A program made the position numbers and the translations under genes. A DNA stretch of 32,000 bases from Wallemia ichthyophaga EXF-994. Lineage: Eukaryota > Fungi > Basidiomycota. This document shows positions 22,370-32,000 of the stretch, piece after piece (position 1 is the first letter of the stretch; the number at the start of each line of letters is the position of its first letter). The notes under the pieces were generated by a model. That model had not been told where the DNA came from. It saw only the letters and a program-made list of their open reading frames with translations, and made no database searches. Where the stretch lies: contig NW_008806302.1 of the NCBI RefSeq assembly GCF_000400465.1, forward strand, positions 1-32,000, read 5' to 3'.

Positions 22370-24161
22370 ATGCACTCAACCAGCGACAGGAAATCATCTT
22401 GGACGACGTATCTCGGTCGATTGTGGATATCTCTCGTGACTGCGCTCATCTCCTTCTTGAGCTTCTCGTTCCAGCTATATGGCACTTACTATCGGCGTAG
22501 AGATGTTGTTGTGGTGAAGTGCGCTGTTTTCTCATCTCTGCTATCCTCGCTGATGAAGATTTTCACCGTAGCATTCTCTCATTCTTCATCTTCTACAATT
22601 ACTTCCGATGTACTACTACCGATCCAGGTGGAGTGCCAGTGGATTATGTGAGTGGTGCTATTTCACCCCCCACATAAACTAACACTCACCCAGGAACCAC
22701 TCCGAGACACTCAAGACACACTCGAAAACCCCGCTACGCCAAGATATTGTAGATCCTGTCACGTCTATAAACCTCCCCGCGCCCACCACTGCTCCAAATC
22801 AGGCAGATGTGTTCTGCGGATGGATCACTATTGCCCGTGGATGAACAACTGCATTGGATTCTACAACTACGGCCACTTTATCCGATTTCTGGTTGGCGTC
22901 AATGTTGGCTGCGTCTTTCTCCTCTATGTCCTGTCCAACAGGGTGCTTTACCCGGTGGGCGCGGTGTGTTTGCTTAGCGTCTCTGTCTAACATTAACACC
23001 CCCAGACACCCGTCCCTGATAACGCCGAAACAGCGCTGATCGTCGCAAATTACATCGCCTGCCTGCTCACACTCATCGTCGTTGGCAGCTTCTCGCTATA
23101 CCAATTCTACGCACTCTGCACCAACACGACGACCATCGAGTCTTGGGAAAAAGACAAGGTGGCTAATTTAGCGCGCAGAGGACGGATACGCGATGTAAGT
23201 GAGGGATTCGGGAGCGAATTTTACTCGCTAACGAGTCTCAGATTAAATACCCTTATCAGCTCTCAGTGTATGAGAACATCTGCGCCGTGCTCGGTAATAG
23301 ACCTTGGCTATGGCTCGTACCACAGCGCATGCATGGCAACGGGCTTGCTTACCCCACCGCCACAAATTCAGGCAAGTGGGTAGATGTTCACGTCAGAGGG
23401 AGGAGTATTCTGCGCGAGTCGGGTGCGAGTGCAAGTAGGCGTAGGCGTGGGCAGGCACCACACGCTGCTCTTCAACTCGACGATGGAAGCCCTGTTAACA
23501 CACACGTTACACCCGACGAACACATGCGCGGTGTTGAGTTTGAGAGTGAAATGAGTCTTCTCGAGGGTAGATTGCTTGAGCTGGCGTGAATTCTGAGGGG
23601 TTAGCACACAGAGTACCTGCATTGCATTGTCATTCAACACACACAAATCATTGCATAGATGCATATCATACTGATTCATTGGTGGCTGCTCACACTCACT
23701 CACTCACACTCACTCACTCACCCCCACTCCCACTTCCCCTCTGCGCGTGAACATATCCCTCCACTTTTCCACTCACTTCACTAACAACCCACACAGACGC
23801 AGATAGCTGGCCACCGCGTGTCGAGGGATACGCGCACAGCTTCGATTACAGCGACGGTGACGACGCGCCTACTAGATTCACCCTCAACCAGTCGCCATGG
23901 ACGTACCAGACTGGCCTCAATCCCCGCTTGACGCCCTCTTCGTCGCGGCAGAGACACAACAGACATATCAGACAGGGAGACGAGGGGTGGGAGGTGCAGG
24001 GTGCGACTGCCTCTCCATATGCATATGAATTCGCGCATGAGAACACTACATTTGAGGATGCGACTGGACGCTGGACCCAACGCGATGGACGCGTCTATCG
24101 AGTGTATGAGGAGGAGGAGGAGGAGGATCACGATGACTATGGAGGCAGTGAAGGGGATTGA
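22370..24161 (+). CDS. PFA4: DHHC-family palmitoyltransferase Pfa4 (DHYC variant), 6 exons
   Basis: LGRLWISLVTALISF, TTDPGGVP, RYCRSCHVYKPPRAHHC..MDHYCPWMNNCIG, NTTTIESWEKDKVA..RRGRI..KYPY, SWPP, RQGDEGWEV. Introns 22519-22571, 22648-22693, about 22955-23005, 23195-23241, 23372-23796. Confidence 0.88.
23372..23796 (+). other. Unusually long (425 nt) GC-AG intron with extensive self-complementarity; candidate structured RNA element
   Basis: Donor G|GCAAGT, branch point CTAAC at 23781, acceptor CACAG at 23796. Phase-1 splicing restores the frame (TNS-D-ADSWPP). Complementary arms found by eye, e.g. 23384-23392 with 23746-23754. Confidence 0.65.
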
Positions 24162-24284
24162 ATGTAATTGCATCTGCGTCTGCGTATAATATTTGTATAC
24201 AAGCTGTTTTTATACCTTTTGCGATAATTTTCACCTCGCTTATCGCGGTGGACTAACTGACGTAGGATTTGCATCAACACCGCC

Positions 24285-25667
24285 ATGATTGAGAAGAAAG
24301 TGCTAGTGATTTATACAGGTGGAACGATAGGAATGATTGCAAATGCAAATGGCAGCTATCAGCCTCACAGTAATCTCCTTGGCGACATACTCCGCTCACA
24401 GGCGCGATTTGACGATCCAAACGCCAGCTCGATTTTTTCCAACTTAACGTCCAAGCAGGCGTACGAGGTTTGGAACAGCATGCAAAAGAGTGGTGCTACA
24501 CCCGCGCGCCAGAAACTTACCGTGCGCTCCTCTTCACCATTCCAAGGTAGCGTGCCTGACGCATGCAGCGCACATACCCACACAGGGGAGCTGGAAACAC
24601 TGCAGACGCCTCGGACGTACCTGAATGGGTTCGAACACACAGTGCGCTATGTGATACTAGAGTATGCGCCGCTGCTAGATTCGAGCGACGTTGGACCGGA
24701 GCAGTGGGCGAAGATTGCCAGCGACATAGAGCTCAACTATAGTAATTTCGATGGATTCGTAGTGCTGCACGGGACAGATACCATGTCATACACCGCCTCA
24801 GCGCTTTCGTTCATGCTCGAGGGACTCGCTAAGAGCGTTCTGCTCACAGGAAGCCAGATCCCACTCACGCACATTCGCGCAGATGCCAGCGACAATATAC
24901 TTCACTCACTTCTCCTCGCGGGCACTGAGTGTGTACCTGAAGTGTGCATATACTTCAATGACCAGCTCCTGAGAGGCAACAGAAGCACCAAGGTGTCTAC
25001 GAGCGAATTTGACGCTTTTCGCAGCTACAACTACCCTCCACTGGCCAAGGTGGGCACGCGGTTGGATGTCAACTGGCCATCGGTCCAGCGCCAGTCTGGG
25101 GATGCATTGAGAGTGCACAAGTGTACGTGCATTTCCCAAACTGCTCCAGAAACTCTCACCCTCCCACAGCCCTCTCGCCGGAGATATGCGTCTTACGCTT
25201 CTTCCCTGGCCTCAAGGTACACCTCGTCGAGGCGATCCTGGCCGATTTGAAACGCGCTAGGCGATCAGCGCTCGTTCTGCAGTCGTTTGGAAGTGGTAAG
25301 TGGATGTTAGTGTGCAAAATACATGCTCAATGTGCTCTCCTGTCAGGTAACATTGCGAGGAACGATGCACTCCTCGCTAGCTTCAAGAAAGCCGCCGAAG
25401 ACGGCGTTGTTATTGTTAACACCTCCCAATGCCACAGTGGATCTGTCAACGCGGCTTATGAAAACGGCCGTCTGCTCGCTGAGGCTGGAGTTGTGCCTGG
25501 AAATGATCTGACGTCTGAGGTATGCGATTGTATGGTGTACAAACTTTCACCTAATCCCATCACAGGCCGCTCTTACTAAACTTTCTTATCTTCTCTCCAC
25601 CTCTCTCCCCGTCGAGCGCGTTCGTCAGCTCGTTCCTGTATCGCTCAGAGGCGAGGTGACGGAGTAG
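24285..25667 (+). CDS. Type I (cytosolic) L-asparaginase-like protein, 4 exons, no ankyrin tail
   Basis: VLVIYTGGTIGM and GFVVLHGTDTMSYTASALSF (both catalytic Thr motifs), LLTGSQIP, LLRGNRSTK, end ALTKLSYLL..SLRGEVTE. Introns 25123-25169, 25296-25346, 25520-25565. Confidence 0.92.
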
Positions 25668-25906
25668 ACGGTGTAGTCAGAGCAGTCAAAGCAGGTGAGG
25701 GCGTGTCCTCACAACAAAAGAAGACCTATATATAGTTTTGACATTTGACTCCCCCGCGTACCTGAGCAATCTGAGCCATCACCTATCACAAAATCACAAA
25801 CTCACACTCACATCGCTTGCAAGCGGCCCTAGCCGATGCACCATTCACAAAGCCAAAACCCAAACTCAAATTTGGTGGGCGAGGTGTGAAAAATATCAAA
25901 CGCCCA

Positions 25907-26435
25907 ATGTCGACGCCAACGACAGAGCAAATTGGTACAATGAGAGGAACACTTGGGGTGATAATGGGTGACGGTAAGGGACGGCGGAAATTTTGTTTTT
26001 ACTTGCGGGAGCAGGAGAGGAGTATGGAGAATCTGGAGGTGAGTGTGACTTTGCCGAGTAATTATATCGTCTCATGTGATATGCGATATGCAGTTCGTCA
26101 TGTGGTTCGAGGATCACTATCACCGCTCGTCACACATCTTACCTCACGAAGCCAGCTCCAGCTTGCGCAAATACTTTGCAAGAAAGTCCGCACATGAACT
26201 GAACCTCGACGCGAATGTTAAAGTGAATGTTGTGGATACTGCCCACATGCTCATTAAACAGCACTTACCCACTCCCCTCTGCATTTTCCAACCCGCTTAT
26301 CTCACTTGCTGCTCGCTCCTCGAATACTCAAGCATTCCCGCCTACAAAGCTCACAAAAAGACGCACAAGAAAAACCAAGGCTGTTCAAGACACCTAATAC
26401 GCTCAATTAGGGAGGTTTTCTCTAAAAAAAAGTGA
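25907..26435 (+). CDS. Small stand-alone RGS-domain protein (~157 aa, intron 26039-26093)
   Basis: LGVIMGDGKGRRKFCFYLREQERSMENLE|FVMWFEDH...KYFARKSAHELNLD...IFQPAYLTCCSLLEYSSIPAY fits the RGS fold pattern. The start is uncertain. Confidence 0.65.
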
Positions 26436-26557
26436 GTGTAATTGACGTGCGGAGGTGTTTGTGAGGAGGTGGGATTGTGAGCTGGTGTGTGGGCTGTGGT
26501 GAAACTGAACAATATGAACAACAATCTTATTATATTGGACTGATTTTCGTATTGATT

Positions 26558-27228
26558 CTACAACTTCATCGAGCCAAATGTTCTGTATGTCAGAACGGAA
26601 CCACACAAACCACTACCCGTCGTTCCACGAAGTATACTTCTTATGAGAGTGACGAGACACAAACCGTTTCATAGTTTCATCTGGTATCGCGTAATCGTAT
26701 GATACCCCGTAAAGACCTAACCTTAGATCTTCTAGCAAAGGCGAATGCACATCGTAGAGGCCTTCATTGAACCCATCCACAAATGAGGGGAAGTGCATTC
26801 AAACATAGTAAAACCTCTTAGACTTTTAAACATACTGAGCTTGTCATAATTCATTGTTGACTCCCGGAATCAATCATGTCATCGAAATCGTAGCCCTTGC
26901 AGTAGTCGAAACAAGTATCTCCAGTGCATCTGAAAACCTTCAGCTCCTTGATTTTTACCAAAGCGTGCTTGAATGTAAGTAATTTAAGCATGAGGAGTCA
27001 AAGGGGATGCCGAATTCACTGGAAGCGTTTCTTGACTAGCGTCGTAATTTCTGAATTGTTGGTGGTTCTCAATTACGCTGAACCACCGGAGTATCTTTGG
27101 TACGTAGTCAATTACGGTTTGAAGAACTCGTAAAGGGCTTGTAGAGAGTGTGAGTTTCTGAGTATTGGACCTAATTCGAAACGAATATTGATCTTGGTAA
27201 TCTTTCTTCTTAATGTGATTCTGGCCAT
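26558..27228 (-). CDS. Hypothetical intron-containing orphan gene or pseudogene
   Basis: Successive coding-like open segments (VIDYVPKILRWF, HALVKIKELKVFRCTG, FVDGFNEGLYDVHSPLLEDLRLGLY) separated by intron-like stretches. No fully consistent exon model could be built. Confidence 0.3.
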
Positions 27229-27428
27229 TATATGTTTACGGCATATGAAGATTTTATGCGTGATAGTGTCCTCTGTGCCACATGCACTGCATTTAGGTGA
27301 ATCGATCAGTCGGAAATGGTAACGGTAGGAAGTAGTCGTGAAGAATAAATTTTAGACTTTGTTTTATTAATTTTAGCGCCTTTCATGTTGTATTGATATA
27401 TATTTTGCAAAAATTGGATTAAGTACAA

Positions 27429-27513
27429 GCATTAATGGGGTAGTGGTAACCTCGATCGTTGCCATCTTAGAGATTGATTCGATCGGCCCCCGGTTCAATT
27501 CCGGGTTAATGCA
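27429..27513 (+). tRNA. tRNA-Gly(GCC) with a ~14-nt intron
   Basis: Acceptor stem GCATTAA/TTAATGC-A, D arm GGGT/ACCT, anticodon stem GATCG/CGATC with GCC at 27461-27463, intron about 27465-27478, T loop GGTTCAATTCC. Confidence 0.93.
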
Positions 27514-27924
27514 TGTTTTGCGATTTACCTTTTCAATACGTTGGAAGACATATTTTTGTCGTATGATTTCACTTAGTCAACCGTTGGTTATTCTCGCAGA
27601 TGGAGTACTTTCACTTGTTATGCATGATGTGCTGCTCATCCAACTGTACTACACTTCTTCCAAATAACGCGAGTTAGCCATATTTATCAAACGTTTGCGC
27701 TAATTGAGCTACCTCAATGTACTCATCTCGATCCATCCCCGCGTCAAGGCAACCTCACCCACCCCCACCTTCCTGCTTCCACTGAATAGCCGGTATGAAC
27801 GCACAAATGGCAGACTAGAGGTAAAACTAAAAGTGAGCCTAAACTTAGATTAAAAATGGCAAGATATAAAATCCAATTGCACTCTTTAGTTAATACTACA
27901 ATCCAATACTCCTCCAATCTCACT

Positions 27925-28286
27925 ATGATCGCTCAGGCCGTCTTCGCTACTGCTCTCGTAGCCTCTGTCTCAGCTGGCTGGGAATCCAAGACCGGCTCAT
28001 GTAATACTGGAAAACTCGCGTGTTGCGATACCAACAAGAAGGTCCAAAAGTCAACTGGTGAAGAATCAGGCCTTCTCCACACCGGCGACGTCCTCGACCA
28101 AGTTGCCATCCAATGTACTCAGATCCCTCTCTTGATCGGAATTGCAATAGAAGGTGAGTAAATGCTCTCGTTTCACATCACAACTGAAAGTCCACAGATG
28201 AGTGCAAGAACACCCCAACCTGCTGTGAAGATGTCGAGGACGATGGTCTCGTTGGTATTAATTGCACTCCAATCCCTCTCATTTAA
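27925..28286 (+). CDS. Class I hydrophobin, acidic (105 aa, intron 28154-28197)
   Basis: Signal peptide plus the 8-Cys pattern C-x6-CC-x30-C-x14-C-x5-CC-x12-C: SCNTGKLACC...QC...E|DECKNTPTCCEDVEDDGLVGINCTPIPLI. Confidence 0.95.
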
Positions 28287-29423
28287 AGGGCAGATTGCCC
28301 GACTTGTAGAAGTTTACAGTATACAGTAATTAATAAGCTCCAATAAATTTAAGTGTTTCACTATCATCCACGGAAATGCGAGAACAACATCGATGCCGTC
28401 TGTCAAAGTATGCATGATCCAAGGTAAATATCCAGTATAAATAACCCACATCTCTTTAACATTCTTGATCTACTCATTTATCCATTGAGCTGGAGTAATG
28501 AGAGTAACAAATATTCCAAAGCGAATGTATACTATAAATCTACGATTCATCCCTTGTGATCGGTATTGCTCCCAATGTGTAAATATTTTTTGAGAACACC
28601 ATAGAGATCTAGAAGGTGAAAAGCAGTCTCTTAAGACCCAAGAGTATGGGCACGAAAGATTCTTACACTTTTCCTAACAAACTTTTAAGATGACTCAGAT
28701 TGCAATTTGGTAGCGGGCTGCTTAATAAAGCGATATGACATTGTCAGATTGTCAAAAATAGTTGTATGAATCTAAATGTGAAATATGACGCTTCAGCAAA
28801 CTATAAATTTTATTGGTTAAACATCACTTTTCTAGAGAAGCAAACATGATTACCTGAAGCTACTATTAAATCTTTACTGTTGCAATCGTAACACATGTGA
28901 TAACTGGCAGGCATTTTCCCCCAATTATTCACATCAAATAACCACGTAATAGACTGGACGCGATGTATTTTTTAGAGGAATTTTTGTGACGTCTAAATGT
29001 CAATATGAAACCTAGTAACGTCTAGGTAGCCGACAAGTTTGCGTTTAATTGTTGGAAAAGATCGACTCAACGGAAATCATTCAACATCTACTGACTAGCA
29101 CAATCACTCTGAGAATACTTAAGTGCTTCTTATTGCTTATTACAAAGGCTCAGCTGCTTCAGGTCGTGCTAAACTTGAAGCATAACAAGACAGATCAAAT
29201 AAGCGAAGATTCCGACAACTTCATTATGCCGAGACTATAGCATTTGAGCTGCTTATCGGCAGAAGAAGTATCAGGCGACGGGAATAGGTTAAATTACACG
29301 CGCCAAACTCCCAGGCAAACGTTTTATTCTTTCATTCGAGCGAACGAATGTCGCACATCAATACATTGATTGTTGTCCGAAAAAAGTTTCAGGCAATAAC
29401 CTGGCAAGCAAAGATTAGCTCCC

Positions 29424-30511
29424 CTAAGCACCATGTTCCAAGTCCCTATCTGACTCGTGTGGTTTGAGGAGATGATGAAGCTTGTGTAGATCCGAGAGAT
29501 GGTACGTTAGAGTCATCTGCGAGAAAATGTCACCCTTCAAAGAAAGCTACAAGGAATGTCAACACAACCCCACTGAGCCGAACAACCCACCATTTCAATA
29601 ATATCATCGAGCAGATGTGATTGTCCAACGTTCAACCCAGGAAACGAGCTGTAGTTGACAGAGACAACGTGGACATGAAATACGTCTTGAGTTTGATTGG
29701 GATGAAAATGTAGACAATGGACAAGTTAGCACTCACAAAACGTGGGCTGGTAATGCACAGCTAGCTTCACCTGACTCAGATTCAATCCCCAGTTCGACTT
29801 CAAAACATTACCAATCTCCCTGCGGATGCTCCTGAGCAGTGAGACATGGTGAGTGCGAAGATCTCTCAAACACTTGAGATTCATGTCTTTCACGACCGCC
29901 TGGAGATAGAGGGTGTTAAAGTCTTTCTTATCCCACTTGTAGTCGGCGGCTATGACGAATTCTTGACCTCTGTAATAGTATGTCTCGTTCTCTGCTTCGC
30001 CTGAAACTAGCGCTTGTATCCTTCTCACTGTTAATGACGGATGTATTATCAGTAAAGGCCCACCACTTTGTTTCTTTCTCAGGGAGACTATCGATGTATG
30101 GTTTAACGATATCGTTGTATTTCTGAGGCGTTTCTCTGAAGAGTGAGATACTCGCTTTAGAATACTTGTCCACGTGTTTCTGTGTGGCTGGATATATGAT
30201 CGTTACTTTCTGATTGTCTAGTTTATCGTTGCGTCTGTGGCTGTCACTAAGCAGGACGTGGTAAATGTCGTTTTGTTGAATCAGCTTGTGTGAAGTGGAG
30301 GTTTGTTGCAGCTGTGCATCCACATTCTCATCATCGAATGTCAGCTTCTCCATTATGATCAACGCTAGCTCTTTCTCGGGAGATATTGCAGTGATCGCGA
30401 TCCTTTTGGCCAGCGGATCTAGTCAATGTAAGTTGACACACGCTACGGTAATGCGTACAAACCATTATTAATAACCTTTGTATCTTTCAAATTCTTCAAC
30501 AGATTTTCCAT
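29424..30511 (-). CDS. DCS1: Scavenger mRNA decapping enzyme DcpS (HIT family), 5 exons
   Basis: DPLAKRI..LIIMEKLTF, NDIYH, KVTIIYPATQKHVDKYS..LFRETP, DYKWD, LYLQAVV, KCLRDL, HYQPTF|YVFHVH, GQSHLLDDIIE. Four introns of about 43-51 nt. Confidence 0.92.
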
Positions 30512-30846
30512 TGTTGCCTCTGTTTGCTATCAAGATGACGGTAGTTTGAATGAAGTGATAAGAGATAGCTCATGCCTCGTGATAAGCACGTTTTAAATTG
30601 AGATTTTAGCTCGTCTGGATAGCAAATTAAGGCTGTTACCTCTCAGTATTTCCAAGGGCATAGCAGAGTCATCTGTTTGCATGGAAGTACGCGGGCATGG
30701 AAAGTAGACGAAATGTTTTAGTATCAAGAAATCTGCAAATGCTTATCTTACAGCTCATTATTGCACATAATATCCTCATTCCGTTGGAGTGCTATCACTC
30801 CATCATTTCTATTATCTCTTACGCTCAAAACAAAAATCCCACAAGG

Positions 30847-31152
30847 ATGTTCCAATCCGTTCAATTACCAGCCAAGGCGAACCTTTTATCTCCAAAATCA
30901 GGCAACGGTCACTTCAAACCCCTTCCCGATGAGAAGACTTCCAATATCGAAGCAACCAAGTCAAAAGGTCGTCACTGGAAGGATATCTTGCGTGATATGA
31001 GATCCTTCCTCGTGAGCCTTTGCTTCCACTCCGCATTTTCTGCTCTTCCCTGAATTCTTCCGTCTTCTTCCTAGGCAATCGAGGAAAACTACGGCTCCAC
31101 GTACGCGTACGACGTCAGGCCTAGCTCTATAGCTCCCGGTCGTTGCCACTAG
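30847..31152 (+). CDS. Hypothetical small protein (~80 aa, putative intron 31012-31074)
   Basis: ATG at 30847 inside ORF 30697-31053; a GTGAGC..TAG intron joins it to AIEENYGSTYAYDV. No recognised motif. Confidence 0.3.
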
Positions 31153-31669
31153 ATAGTAAAGTCTCCGTCTGGTTCCTTAAACGCGTCGGTTCGCATGTCT
31201 TATCCCATCCAGGTCATGTTCAATCTCCCTGCACAAAGTGACACCTAATTATCGACAAAGCTACCGGGGAGAAGAAGGGTACAGCAAGCAAGATATAACT
31301 CAAGCCTGTGTCTGTGATTTTCACTGAGTGAGTCGTACTTGTCAGCTACTTAGCTGTCTAGCTGTCCGGCTAATCACGTTCCTAGTATGACAAGTAATAG
31401 CGGCGTAAATGACCTTATCACTTCCCTTAACACATTCGTGAGGTACTGCGCCACCATCGCCCATCCCTCCACGAGGGTTGTCTACTATTGTATAATAGAA
31501 TTTGGCGCAAAGCTGCTCCGGTCTTGTTTCACGTGGGTGTACCGCCTTTCTGTCTTACCCTCTGTCTAAACATTCTGTTTAGGACAACGAGACTGTCCAC
31601 CAACAGTATCATCCTCAACGTCGATATCAGTGTCGTCAAGATGTTGCAAGACAGCCCAATGATACCCTT

Positions 31670-31939
31670 TTGTCTGACTTGAGAACTTCGAGGATCCACA
31701 TCCCAACACCGGTTCCGTTGCTCGTCTTTATGACAGACCTCGATGATCTGACATATTATTTGGGCGATAAGAGAGATTCATTTTTAGAGCAAGGTGATAC
31801 TGTTATTGCTACTGCTTGTCATAGAGGTATAGATATTGTGGACAAGTACTACAAATTCACGGACAACACTCTATATTGGGCATATAATTGTGGACAATTC
31901 TTAACTAAACGCTCGAATTCTACCTATTATCCGCACTAG
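31670..31939 (+). mobile_element. Possible degenerate hAT-like transposase fragment
   Basis: IPTPVPLLVFMTDLDDL...ATACHRGIDIVDKYYKFTDNTLYWA resembles the KLxKYYxxTD segment of fungal hAT transposases. No ATG, no TIRs seen. Weak. Confidence 0.25.
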
Positions 31940-31974
31940 CGGAAAAAACGTTTAGTTGAAAAAAAAAAAGAATC

Positions 31975-32000
31975 TGGAGATGCCCGGAATTGAACCGGGG
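31975..32000 (-). tRNA. 3' end of a tRNA, probably tRNA-Ala (truncated by the window edge)
   Basis: Minus strand reads CCCCGGTTCAATTCCGGG-CATCTCC-A: T arm plus an acceptor strand with U70 (Ala identity element), followed by a poly-T Pol III terminator at about 31959-31969. Confidence 0.8.

Noticed and set aside
23460-23680. Identifying the PFA4 intron core as a TPP riboswitch, U3, SRP, RNase MRP/P or telomerase RNA
   Set aside because: The diagnostic motifs (TPP CUGAGA/AUACC, U3 box A, SRP helix 8, MRP/P P4, telomeric template) were not found by eye. It is left unassigned pending an Rfam search.
23690-23725. (CACT)n-like repeat as an independent microsatellite or CRISPR-like array
   Set aside because: Eukaryotic intronic simple repeat with no spacers; it serves as the 3' arm of the intron stem and is described there.
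28340-28460. Minus-strand DGIDVVLAFPWM, reminiscent of the DxILGxxWL motif of Ty3/gypsy proteases
   Set aside because: A single short motif in a short frame, with no protease DSG motif, RT, integrase or LTR nearby.
28290-29420. ORF 29049-29240 and the AT-rich region downstream of the hydrophobin
   Set aside because: Short, starts at TTG, no motif or splice support; treated as intergenic.

Overview
A gene-dense fungal genomic window with very short spliceosomal introns (mostly 43-63 nt). Gene content and intron style indicate a compact basidiomycete. The acidic class I hydrophobin points to Wallemia, probably the halophile W. ichthyophaga (inference from recall, not a database result). Housekeeping genes: RPL28, TEL2, a divergent histone H3/H4 pair, RNase H2B, UBC12, POM152, a BuGZ/ZNF207-like zinc finger, PFA4, L-asparaginase, DCS1, tRNA-Gly and a partial tRNA-Ala. 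Accessory genes: a secreted D/K/N/H-rich disordered protein, a disrupted purple acid phosphatase, a DHA2 MFS transporter, a Kex2-processed repeat protein, a SAM methyltransferase, an NmrA-like protein, a stand-alone RGS protein and a hydrophobin. The most striking observations are: (1) a 425-nt GC-AG intron in PFA4 that can fold into a long rod, pair with its own 5' splice site, and has an in-frame alternative donor; (2) a secreted polyprotein with about 16 Arg-delimited acidic/hydrophobic peptide units; (3) loss of two ligands of the same zinc site in the PFA4 DHHC domain (DHYC). All exon models were built by hand from GT/GC-AG sites, branch points and frame continuity.
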